DNA of 64,000 nucleotides from a virus: the IMG/VR virus record IMGVR_UViG_3300027997_000002; one strand, 5' to 3'. This document shows positions 1-7,861 of the stretch, piece after piece; positions within the stretch are counted from its first letter, which is position 1, and the number at the start of each line of letters is the position of its first letter. The notes under the pieces were generated by a model that saw only the letters and a program-made list of their open reading frames with translations, had not been told where the DNA came from and ran no database searches. A program made the translations under genes and the position numbers.

Positions 1-68
1 AGGAGCTGGAGTTCTTCATGTCGGTTCTCCCCGAGGCCGTTGAGGTAGCAAAGAAGGTGAAATCATGA
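1..68 (+). CDS. 3' end of an upstream gene (partial)
   Basis: Open frame ...ELEFFMSVLPEAVEVAKKVKS* ending in an ATGA overlap with the next gene. Confidence 0.4.
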   Translation, partial: ELEFFMSVLPEAVEVAKKVKS

Positions 69-367
69 ACGCACCTAGTTGGTGGAGCCCAGCTCGCGCC
101 GGCATTCTCGCTGGCATGGGCTTTCTCGCTTTCGCTACGGTGATCGTATTTCTCGTCCTTACCATCTCATTCGGCCTCGGGCGCGGAGCGGGTCTCAAAG
201 ACTGCCCCGAGCACCAAATAAAGGCGTGCAGTGACGACGCCTACAACGAGGAGCGGATCTGCATCCGCGATCACGGCGAGCACCTGGAGGCCTGCGCTGA
301 GCGATTGAAGCTACGCCTCGAACGCTGCGACCAGATCTTCGAAGGAGGAACAGATGAGTCCAAGTGA
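65..367 (+). CDS. Single-TM protein with Cys-containing ectodomain
   Basis: Hydrophobic segment aa 13-36; coupled to both neighbours. Confidence 0.6.
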   Translation: MNAPSWWSPARAGILAGMGFLAFATVIVFLVLTISFGLGRGAGLKDCPEHQIKACSDDAYNEERICIRDHGEHLEACAERLKLRLERCDQIFEGGTDESK

Positions 368-854
368 CATTCTAATCATCATCATCTCGGGAGCATCCAT
401 TGCGCCAGCTCTCGTTTTATCAATCATCGCGCTCGTCAAGACTGCTGATGAGGACACTCGTAACACTCGGAAGGAGAACGGGAATGCCACTCGCCTGCGG
501 CGCTACGTTTTCTGCTTGCTCTCTGCTGTGTCGGCTGGGGTCCTGGGGTTAATCCTAACGATTCTCGCAGTCCAGCCTGAGCTTGAGACGACATCCGGCT
601 GGCTCATCGTCGGGTTCTCCACGATGGTTTACGGCATCCTGGCCTACACGGCGCATCTACTAGTCGAGATTCCTCCACTCCGTGACCGCATCCGCGAGGC
701 CGTGCTCGCAGAGCGCGAAGCCTGTGCCAAGCTAGTTGACCGCTGCAAGCGAGAGGCGATCATTCCCGGACAACGCAACGACCAGGTCTACCGCGAGCAG
801 GCCTACCGCACGATCAGCGAAGAGCTCGCGGGCAAGATCCGAGCGAGGGAGTGA
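354..854 (+). CDS. Multi-pass membrane protein with C-terminal soluble segment
   Basis: Three hydrophobic helices; RBS GAAGGAGG. Confidence 0.65.
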   Translation: MSPSDILIIIISGASIAPALVLSIIALVKTADEDTRNTRKENGNATRLRRYVFCLLSAVSAGVLGLILTILAVQPELETTSGWLIVGFSTMVYGILAYTAHLLVEIPPLRDRIREAVLAEREACAKLVDRCKREAIIPGQRNDQVYREQAYRTISEELAGKIRARE

Positions 855-857
855 GCA

Positions 858-1262
858 ATGGACGACACCATCACAAAACTGCAGACATTCGCCAACAAGC
901 ACGGCGTCGTGCTCCAACTCGAAGGCGAGTGCGGCTTCGGCCGCCAGTGTGTCGGGTTCACGCACGGGAACAGCTACATCGACTACAACCCGATCAACCT
1001 CGACACCTACGACGTGATCGAAGGCTTCGAGGACGAGCGCATCGCCGAGGCCGCGCCTGAAGACGCCTACCACAAGCACATGTGCCTCGCCGTCCTCGTC
1101 GACACCGACCGCGACAAGGCGATCGCCCAGCTCGCGAAATGGGCTGATGCGATGGACGAGATCGGCATCGAGTTCGTGACCTACGAGACAGGCGCCAAGG
1201 GGATGCAGGCCTTGGTCTCCGGGCATCTCGGACGCGCGGTCCGACCGAAGGGTAGTGCGTAA
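858..1262 (+). CDS. Hypothetical phage protein
   Basis: 134 aa, strong GC3 codon bias, in operon. Confidence 0.65.
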   Translation: MDDTITKLQTFANKHGVVLQLEGECGFGRQCVGFTHGNSYIDYNPINLDTYDVIEGFEDERIAEAAPEDAYHKHMCLAVLVDTDRDKAIAQLAKWADAMDEIGIEFVTYETGAKGMQALVSGHLGRAVRPKGSA

Positions 1263-1456
1263 TGGGAACGAAGAAGCTCAAAAACGACTACCGCCACGCC
1301 CACACCCATATCAACGAGCACACCGTGGACTCCGGCAAGACCGAGCGCATGACCCGAAGCCGGGAGCGGCGCTCAGGCTCGCCGTCGCTCAAGCAGTACG
1401 CCACGACCCATCCTGACGGCCAGGCGTGGCGCGACCGAAAGCGAGGTGGGGGATGA
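1262..1456 (+). CDS. Small basic hypothetical protein
   Basis: TAATG and ATGA coupling. Confidence 0.5.
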   Translation: MGTKKLKNDYRHAHTHINEHTVDSGKTERMTRSRERRSGSPSLKQYATTHPDGQAWRDRKRGGG

Positions 1457-1692
1457 CCCACCCAGACGACGAAGTCCCTGACGACTTCCGTCCCACCAAC
1501 TTGGAGATGCTGGGCGAGACCTGCTGCCCGGGCTGCGAAGCCCTGACCGCCAAGTTCAAGGAGGTGCTCGAAAAGTTCGTGGAGGCCACCGACGCCGAGA
1601 GGCCGTTCGACAACCTCCAGGAGAAGGCCGACATCATCAAGGAGTTGGGCACGACGTCGCGCTGGCTCCTAGGGGAGGCCACAGATGGCTAG
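1453..1692 (+). CDS. Hypothetical protein with CCPGC motif
   Basis: ATGA overlap, RBS GAGG. Confidence 0.55.
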   Translation: MTHPDDEVPDDFRPTNLEMLGETCCPGCEALTAKFKEVLEKFVEATDAERPFDNLQEKADIIKELGTTSRWLLGEATDG

Positions 1693-3406
1693 CAAGACCT
1701 TCTCCATCCAGCTCGGCAAGGGCGTCCAGCTCGACGCCCGCAAGCTCGTCGACACGCGCATGCTGGTCGTCGGCAACTCGGGCTCCGGCAAGTCCTGGGC
1801 GGTCCGACTCATCGCCGAGCAGGCCGCGCCCAAGATCCAGACCATCATCCTCGACCCCGAGGGCGAGTTCGCCAGCCTGCGCGAGCTGGTCGACGTCCTC
1901 ATCGTGGGGGCCGATGGGGACCTGCAGCCGACCGTGCCGACGGCCGCGAAGCTTGCGCGCGAGTTGCTCAGGCTCGGCGTCTCGGCCGTCATCGATCTCT
2001 ACGAGCTGAAGCTGCAGGATCGCCGCGCGTTTGTCCGGTCGTTCCTCGACAGCCTCATGTCGGCACCCAAGAAGCTTTGGCGTCCCGCGCTCATCATCCT
2101 CGACGAGGCTCACAAGTATTGCCCCGAGCGCAGCAGCGGCCAGGCCGAGTCGACCGAGTCCGTCATCACGCTCCTGAGCCAGGGCCGCAAGCGAGGCTTT
2201 TGCGGCATCTTGGTGACCCAGCGGATCTCCAAGCTCCACAAGGACGCCGCGGCCGAGTGTGTCAACAACCTGATCGGACGGACCATGCTCGACGTCGACG
2301 TTCGCCGGGCCCGGGATGTCCTCGGCCTGGCCAAGAAGGACGAGGGCACCCTGCGCTCGCTCAAGGAGGGCCAGTTCTTCGGCTTCGGCCCCGCGTTCAA
2401 GGGAGCCGAAGGGGTCATCCGGTTCAAGACCGCCGCGGTCGAGACCACTCATCCCGAGGCCGGCGAGCGCCACAAGCTCACGCCGCCGCAGCCCTCGGCC
2501 AAGATCAAGAAGATCTTGCCCGAGCTCGCGGCGCTCCCCCAGGTGGTCGAGCAAGAAGCCAACGACCTGGCCTCGGCTCGCAAGCGCATCCGCGAGCTGG
2601 AGCGCGAGGCGCTTGCGGCCGCTCGCGAGAGTACGAAGGCTCGGAGAGACGGTGCCAACGGCGTCGACGTCCAAACCGCCATCACACGCGCGCTCAAGCT
2701 ACAGCGCAAGCAACTTCAGATGCGCCTCACCACATCGATCAAGCGGGTTACCGGTCTACGGCGAAGTGTCCAGTCACTCGACCGTGCCGCAGAGAACCTC
2801 GAGGATGGTATCCTTGGACTCGTCGATTCCGACACGCCCGAGGCTGCGCTCGGTGCTCCAGCGCCAAAGGCCGTGCGTCCACCTCCTCGTACACCGCGAC
2901 CTCAAGCCCCAGAACCGGACAAACCGCAGTCCGATGCCAGCGTCGGCCGTGGTGGTCTGAGTAGGATGCTCCGCGCACTCGCGCAGAACCCCGACGGCTG
3001 CGAAAGATCGCAGCTCGGGGTCCTGGCCGGCATGAGCTCACGTAGCGGCACGTTCGCTGGCTACCTCTCAACCATGCGCGGCAACGGATGGATGGTCGAC
3101 GAGGGTGGTCTCATGTTCGCGACCGAGGGAGGGGTAGAGGCACTCGGGGACTTCGACCCGTTGCCCACCGGCGACGCTCTCGTCGAGTACTGGCAGGGAC
3201 AGCTCGGGCAAGGAGGGGTTCGTCGGATCTTCGACGCGCTCATCGAGGCTGGTGCGGATGGTCTCAACCGTGACGAGCTCGCGGAGGCCGCCGAGCTCAG
3301 CGCACGGAGCGGCACGTATGCGGGCTATCTCTCCAAGCTGCGCACCTTGAAACTCGCCGCCGGCAGTGACCCGATCCGCCTGGCCAAGACTCTATTGGAG
3401 GCATAG
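1685..3406 (+). CDS. HerA/DUF87-like P-loop ATPase with coiled coil and tandem C-terminal winged helices
   Basis: Walker A GNSGSGKS, Walker B LIILDEAH, SQGRKRG and VTQR motifs of the FtsK-HerA superfamily. Confidence 0.85.
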   Translation: MASKTFSIQLGKGVQLDARKLVDTRMLVVGNSGSGKSWAVRLIAEQAAPKIQTIILDPEGEFASLRELVDVLIVGADGDLQPTVPTAAKLARELLRLGVSAVIDLYELKLQDRRAFVRSFLDSLMSAPKKLWRPALIILDEAHKYCPERSSGQAESTESVITLLSQGRKRGFCGILVTQRISKLHKDAAAECVNNLIGRTMLDVDVRRARDVLGLAKKDEGTLRSLKEGQFFGFGPAFKGAEGVIRFKTAAVETTHPEAGERHKLTPPQPSAKIKKILPELAALPQVVEQEANDLASARKRIRELEREALAAARESTKARRDGANGVDVQTAITRALKLQRKQLQMRLTTSIKRVTGLRRSVQSLDRAAENLEDGILGLVDSDTPEAALGAPAPKAVRPPPRTPRPQAPEPDKPQSDASVGRGGLSRMLRALAQNPDGCERSQLGVLAGMSSRSGTFAGYLSTMRGNGWMVDEGGLMFATEGGVEALGDFDPLPTGDALVEYWQGQLGQGGVRRIFDALIEAGADGLNRDELAEAAELSARSGTYAGYLSKLRTLKLAAGSDPIRLAKTLLEA

Positions 3407-3676
3407 ATGAGCTGGACCTGCTACGAGACAAACTGCCTAGCGAAGCTGATGCATCCCGACAAGTGGGATTTCTGCCCGTACACCGGAGAGCCCCGCAAGA
3501 GCGCGAGTGATCCAGGTCGCTACGACATCCCACGCTCGTGGCATGACAACCCGGCGGGGTGGCACAAGTTCAAGCGCCAGCTCGATAGACTCGACGCCGA
3601 CGAACTACGCCTCTCAGGCCTTCAACGCGTGAAGAAAGAGAAGAACGATGGGAACGCAGCAAAACATCACCCGTGA
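3407..3676 (+). CDS. Hypothetical protein (CxxxxC, CP motifs)
   Basis: Starts directly after the HerA TAG; SD GGAGG. Confidence 0.5.
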   Translation: MSWTCYETNCLAKLMHPDKWDFCPYTGEPRKSASDPGRYDIPRSWHDNPAGWHKFKRQLDRLDADELRLSGLQRVKKEKNDGNAAKHHP

Positions 3677-3911
3677 CCGCTTTCCAGCACAGGGCAAATG
3701 GGTTGGCAAGCGCGTCAGCGTGTGCTTCCACTACAACACCCACGACCAGGTCGAGGGCACGATCGTGCGCGACGACTCCGAGGACCCGCATTGCACGATC
3801 ATCCGCCTCGACGACGGGCGCCATGTCCTAGCGACCGAGTGCCAGTACGGGCTGAAGGAACAGCACGACCGCGCGGCCACCGTCCGCGAGGAAAAGGCCA
3901 ACTCGCTATGA
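3648..3911 (+). CDS. Small SH3-like phage protein
   Basis: Beta-rich VGKRVSVCFHY...GTIVRDD...IIRLDDGRHVLATECQY. Confidence 0.55.
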   Translation: MGTQQNITRDRFPAQGKWVGKRVSVCFHYNTHDQVEGTIVRDDSEDPHCTIIRLDDGRHVLATECQYGLKEQHDRAATVREEKANSL

Positions 3912-4243
3912 CCGTCACCGTATACGGCCCCAGATTCCACCGCCCCGAGAACTGGCCGACGCCGGCGTCGCCGCCCACGGGGCTCGAAGAGTTTGAGATG
4001 CTGAGGCGTTTCACGGCGCCGCAGCTCCGCAAGATGGGCCTCGCCTACTGGACCAAGGACGGCCCGCGGCCGCTCATGCTGTTCCCGGCGGAGTGGTACG
4101 AGTCCATTCCGGCCGGTTTCGAGTTCGAGGACATCAACGGACACGTCGAAAAGTTCGTGCCCGGCGAAACCGATGACGACCGGCGCATGGGCGCGCTACC
4201 CTACGGGATCCGGGCCAAGGCCGGCCCTAACGTGGAAGCATGA
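3908..4243 (+). CDS. Hypothetical phage protein
   Basis: ATGA overlap; ...DDDRRMGALPYGI. Confidence 0.55.
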   Translation: MTVTVYGPRFHRPENWPTPASPPTGLEEFEMLRRFTAPQLRKMGLAYWTKDGPRPLMLFPAEWYESIPAGFEFEDINGHVEKFVPGETDDDRRMGALPYGIRAKAGPNVEA

Positions 4244-4256
4244 AAGGTTTTCCGCT

Positions 4257-5081
4257 ATGAGATGCCCAGAATGCAACGGTGAAGGTTGGACCACGAGCCT
4301 CGGCAACTGCTGGCAGAAGTGCCGGACCTGCAAGGGCAAGAGGGAACTCGATGTCATCCTCGAGGAACCGAGCCAACTCCCGCCCAAGGACGAGATCGTC
4401 GAGGCGCGTCCGAAGCGTGAGACACCGTTGGTGGTGCGCGATGCATCCGACTACGACCGCGTGGTGTACGACTACGCGATCCGCCGGGTGAAGAAGCCTG
4501 AGCAGGAGAGGGAGGTCGGTACGCGCGAGCTGGTCACCGAGCTGCTCCAGCGCGTGGACCGGCTCGAGAACGAGATCATCGGCCTACGCGCCGGGGGAGG
4601 GGTCGCGCGCAGCGAGTTCGCCGGCAACATCCCCATCCCCGAGCAGAACCATCCCTACGTACTCTCCGAGTCGATTGTGGTGAAGCCGGGGGCGATGTCA
4701 TCGCTCCACCTCACCCCGAACATGTACTCGGAGGAGCACGAGTTGCTAAGCGTGATCGTCACCGCAACGAGCGACATGGACGGAAGGGACATGGCCACCC
4801 AGGGGTTCGTCGAGAAGATCGAAATCATGGGCTGGAGCATCATCTACCAGATGCCCTGCTCAGCGTTTCGGGGCGAGCCCATGCAACCTCAGATAGGGCC
4901 CGGACGCAGCTTGCCCAATGTGAACTACCAGACCGGAATCGGGGTCTGGCTCAAAAACCTCGACAAGCTCCACCCGATCCGATTCGACGCAACCGCGTGG
5001 CTGCGCCGGATCCACCGCATCGAACAACCAACCTCGGGTGACATCGCCCGGCTCAGAGGAGACTGCAACAATGGCCGCTAA
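4257..5081 (+). CDS. Zn-finger + coiled coil + beta-sandwich (jelly-roll-like) protein
   Basis: N-terminal CPECNGEG...CRTCKG; C-terminal ~125 aa of alternating beta strands resembling 40045-40770. Confidence 0.6.
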   Translation: MRCPECNGEGWTTSLGNCWQKCRTCKGKRELDVILEEPSQLPPKDEIVEARPKRETPLVVRDASDYDRVVYDYAIRRVKKPEQEREVGTRELVTELLQRVDRLENEIIGLRAGGGVARSEFAGNIPIPEQNHPYVLSESIVVKPGAMSSLHLTPNMYSEEHELLSVIVTATSDMDGRDMATQGFVEKIEIMGWSIIYQMPCSAFRGEPMQPQIGPGRSLPNVNYQTGIGVWLKNLDKLHPIRFDATAWLRRIHRIEQPTSGDIARLRGDCNNGR

Positions 5082-5340
5082 CGACAACCTCCTGCAAAAA
5101 GCACAGGACTTCATGCGTATCGTCGACTCGACGATCGACGTTCTCAAGGACCAGGGCGAGAAGAAGAAGGCAGGCGAAGAGGCGGAGATCGACGACCCGC
5201 GTAAGATCGCCGACCTGTTCGACCTGGTCGGCAAAAAGCTCGGCGAGAAGCACGGCCCCGACTACGTCGATGGCCTCGTCGGCCGCATCCAGGACCGCCG
5301 CGGCGGTCCGGAGGACGACGACGATGCCCCCGAAGGCTGA
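5071..5340 (+). CDS. Acidic helical hypothetical protein
   Basis: RBS GAGGAG, coupled. Confidence 0.55.
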   Translation: MAANDNLLQKAQDFMRIVDSTIDVLKDQGEKKKAGEEAEIDDPRKIADLFDLVGKKLGEKHGPDYVDGLVGRIQDRRGGPEDDDDAPEG

Positions 5341-5518
5341 CTGCTTCGAGATCTACGAGGACGACGCCGGCGAGTGGCGCTGGCGCGTCAAGGCCCATAA
5401 CGGCGAGATCGTCGCCGCGAGCTCGGAGGGCTACCACGACGAAGCCGAGGCGAAGTACAACGCCAAGCGCTCGCAGCAGTACCTCACCGCCGCGCTCAAC
5501 ATGGGCAAGCTCGAATGA
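5324..5518 (+). CDS. YegP/DUF1508-family small protein
   Basis: FEIYEDDAGEWRWRVKAHNGEIVAASSEGY matches the family signature. Confidence 0.8.
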   Translation: MPPKADCFEIYEDDAGEWRWRVKAHNGEIVAASSEGYHDEAEAKYNAKRSQQYLTAALNMGKLE

Positions 5519-5790
5519 AGACGCCACTCGACCACTACGCCCCGCACCTCGACGGCATCGAGAAGCCGTGCTCGTTTTGCGCGCACGAGACATCGTTCCT
5601 GGTCCCGGGCACGACCGTCCGCTGGTGCGGGCAGTGCGGTGCGATCCATTTAGATGGGCCGTTTCGTTGCCTACCGTCGGTTGCGGGACTCGATCGCGTC
5701 GCGCCTGGGGTTCCCGAGACGATCGAGAACCAGGGCCCCGACCCGGTCAAGGAGATCGGGCGTGTGCTCGACCGTCTCAAGAAGGACTAG
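5515..5790 (+). CDS. Zn-ribbon protein
   Basis: CSFC...CGQCG. Confidence 0.55.
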   Translation: MKTPLDHYAPHLDGIEKPCSFCAHETSFLVPGTTVRWCGQCGAIHLDGPFRCLPSVAGLDRVAPGVPETIENQGPDPVKEIGRVLDRLKKD

Positions 5791-6954
5791 ATGATGGTGG
5801 CCCTCATCCCACAGGCGCTCCTGACCGCGACCTTCGACGTCGAGGGCCACGACCGCAAGCAGGACTGGGGGACGCCCGACTGGTGTCTCAACGCCTGTCA
5901 CCGCGTGCTCGGCAAACCCTTCGGGATCGACCCGTTCGCCAGCCCCGAGCGCCTCATCAACGCGCGGGTCCACCTGTCACTTCCCACCGACTCCATCATC
6001 GTCCCGTGGAACGCTCCCTATCCAGACGTCGCGCCGCCGGAGACCTTCTTCGCCAACCCGAGCTTCGACATCCTCGACCGCGCGATCCCGAAGTGCTCCC
6101 AGGCCCACTACGAGGAGGGCCTCGACGGCATCGGTCTATGGCCCTGGCGCCATCACCGAAACTTCTGGGAGCCGGTGTGGTCCGCACACGCGCTCGCATT
6201 CTTGCCGGCCATCGAGTTCGTCGGGGCCGAGCACTCGGCACCGTTTGCCTGTGTCGCGGTCCTTTGGGGGCCCGAGCGAGTCCAGACCTTTATGGAGGTC
6301 TTCCGCAACTACTGTCACGTCGCGCGCATCTCGGACGGGCTCCTGGAGTTTTGGGAGCCCCACCGCCAGCTCGCGCTGCCGCTACCAAAGGAGAAACCCA
6401 TGGCCAAGAAAAAGAAGAACAACATCCAGCAGCGCCTGTTCGACGCGCAACGCGGCGTCCTCCTCGACATCTTCCGCGAGAACTCGTCGCTACCCTTCAA
6501 GGCGATCCTCGAAGAGATCGAGACGTGCTCGACGTCGGACCTGGGCGACGAGGTCGAGAAGATCCTGGCGACGATCCCGCTGCGCGAGCTGGTGATGCCG
6601 GAGGGGGCGATGGTCATCGCTGCCAGTCCCGTGGCCCAGGTCGTGGAGGGCGTCACGGCCGGTGTCCTTCAGGGGGCATACAATGCCGAGCCCAAGCCGC
6701 CGAAGAACGGCGCGCCCGCTCGCAAGAAGAAGCCGACAAACCGGGGCCGGCCGCCGGTGGGTGCGGTCGCGGAGTTCGACGACCTGGTCCTCAAAGTCGT
6801 CGGCCGTCACAAGAAAGGCCTCGGCCTCGACGAGCTCGTCGACAAGACCGAGGGGTCGGTCAAGCGAGTGCGTAGCTCGCTCGAGCGCCTGGTCAAGGGC
6901 GGCAAGGTCGAGAAGCAGGGTAAGACGAAGGGAGTCCGCTATGTCGTGGCTTAG
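5791..6954 (+). CDS. Phage Dam-like N6-adenine methyltransferase fused in frame to a basic winged-helix domain
   Basis: DWGTPDW, IDPFAS and FFANPSF (NPPF/Y variant) in aa 1-200; Lys-rich linker and wHTH C-terminus. Confidence 0.7.
   Translation: MMVALIPQALLTATFDVEGHDRKQDWGTPDWCLNACHRVLGKPFGIDPFASPERLINARVHLSLPTDSIIVPWNAPYPDVAPPETFFANPSFDILDRAIPKCSQAHYEEGLDGIGLWPWRHHRNFWEPVWSAHALAFLPAIEFVGAEHSAPFACVAVLWGPERVQTFMEVFRNYCHVARISDGLLEFWEPHRQLALPLPKEKPMAKKKKNNIQQRLFDAQRGVLLDIFRENSSLPFKAILEEIETCSTSDLGDEVEKILATIPLRELVMPEGAMVIAASPVAQVVEGVTAGVLQGAYNAEPKPPKNGAPARKKKPTNRGRPPVGAVAEFDDLVLKVVGRHKKGLGLDELVDKTEGSVKRVRSSLERLVKGGKVEKQGKTKGVRYVVA
6400..6954 (+). CDS. Possible nested in-frame product (MAKKKKNN..., nucleoid-like wHTH)
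   Basis: AAGGAG at 6388-6393 six nt before in-frame ATG 6400. Confidence 0.5.
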   Translation: MAKKKKNNIQQRLFDAQRGVLLDIFRENSSLPFKAILEEIETCSTSDLGDEVEKILATIPLRELVMPEGAMVIAASPVAQVVEGVTAGVLQGAYNAEPKPPKNGAPARKKKPTNRGRPPVGAVAEFDDLVLKVVGRHKKGLGLDELVDKTEGSVKRVRSSLERLVKGGKVEKQGKTKGVRYVVA

Positions 6955-7117
6955 AAGTCTGGTCAACGGGATCGGTAGACTTTGGTCAAGCATGGTCGAG
7001 TCCTTTGCTGGGCTCAGCGTTATCGCCATCATTGTGACCATCATCATGTTCGTCCCCGTCACGTGCCTGATGTTCGGGTCGGCCGCGGTCATCAGCGCGC
7101 TCAACTGTGGAGAGTGA
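6941..7117 (+). CDS. Small membrane protein
   Basis: One long hydrophobic helix. Confidence 0.5.
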   Translation: MSWLRSLVNGIGRLWSSMVESFAGLSVIAIIVTIIMFVPVTCLMFGSAAVISALNCGE

Positions 7118-7118
7118 G

Positions 7119-7412
7119 ATGTCCTATCGCACCGAACCACCCATTGGGCGCCAGGCGATGTTCGAGATCGACAACCTCGTCCGTGGGTACGACACGGCAC
7201 GGATGCGCCTGAGGGCCTTTTGCGAAGAGCCCGAGCTCGAGCTCATGGTCCAGGTCCGTCGAGAGAGTCGCAACCAACCCCGTGACGAGTGCTTTCCGTC
7301 TCCGGAGGTCTGCAGGACCATCACCGGTATCTGCAAGGAGTTCCTGCTCGGCGAGATGCAGGTTTACCGCACCAAGCTGGCCGAGTTCGGCGTCGACCCG
7401 GAGGCACCATGA
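7119..7412 (+). CDS. Hypothetical protein
   Basis: Coupled in operon. Confidence 0.55.
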   Translation: MSYRTEPPIGRQAMFEIDNLVRGYDTARMRLRAFCEEPELELMVQVRRESRNQPRDECFPSPEVCRTITGICKEFLLGEMQVYRTKLAEFGVDPEAP

Positions 7413-7849
7413 AGAACACCCAGCACGAGTTCATCCAGGGGTTCGCTATCACGATCCTGACGGTCGCGATGTCGGTGACCTTCCTGTTCTTCCTGTTCGG
7501 CTGTTTCGAGGACACCAGCGACCACGAGGTCAGCGGCACGACCAGCACGACATCGAGCAGCTCGTCGGGGTCCTCGGACGAGTCGACGTCGACCACCGGG
7601 ATCGACCCGTCAACATCCACTGGCTCCACGACCAGCTCGTCGACGAGCGAGACCGGCTCGGAGTCGACCGACGAGTCGTCGACCGGCGAGCCCGAGCACA
7701 CGTGCTGCGATATGACGATCTTCCCCGGCTGCGGTGACGCGATGATCGAGGCGTGCGTCTGCGCCGTCAGCGACTACTGCTGCGAGACCGCCTGGGACGG
7801 CGTCTGCGTTCAGACCGGCCAGGATCTCGGGTGCTTGATCTGCCCGTGA
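7409..7849 (+). CDS. Membrane/lipoprotein with Ser/Thr linker and Cys-rich myxobacterial-type repeat
   Basis: TM ending LFGC, S/T-rich linker, CCDMTIFPGCGDAMIEACVCAVSDYCCETAWDGVC. Confidence 0.7.
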   Translation: MKNTQHEFIQGFAITILTVAMSVTFLFFLFGCFEDTSDHEVSGTTSTTSSSSSGSSDESTSTTGIDPSTSTGSTTSSSTSETGSESTDESSTGEPEHTCCDMTIFPGCGDAMIEACVCAVSDYCCETAWDGVCVQTGQDLGCLICP

Positions 7850-7861
7850 TATGCTGGCCAC

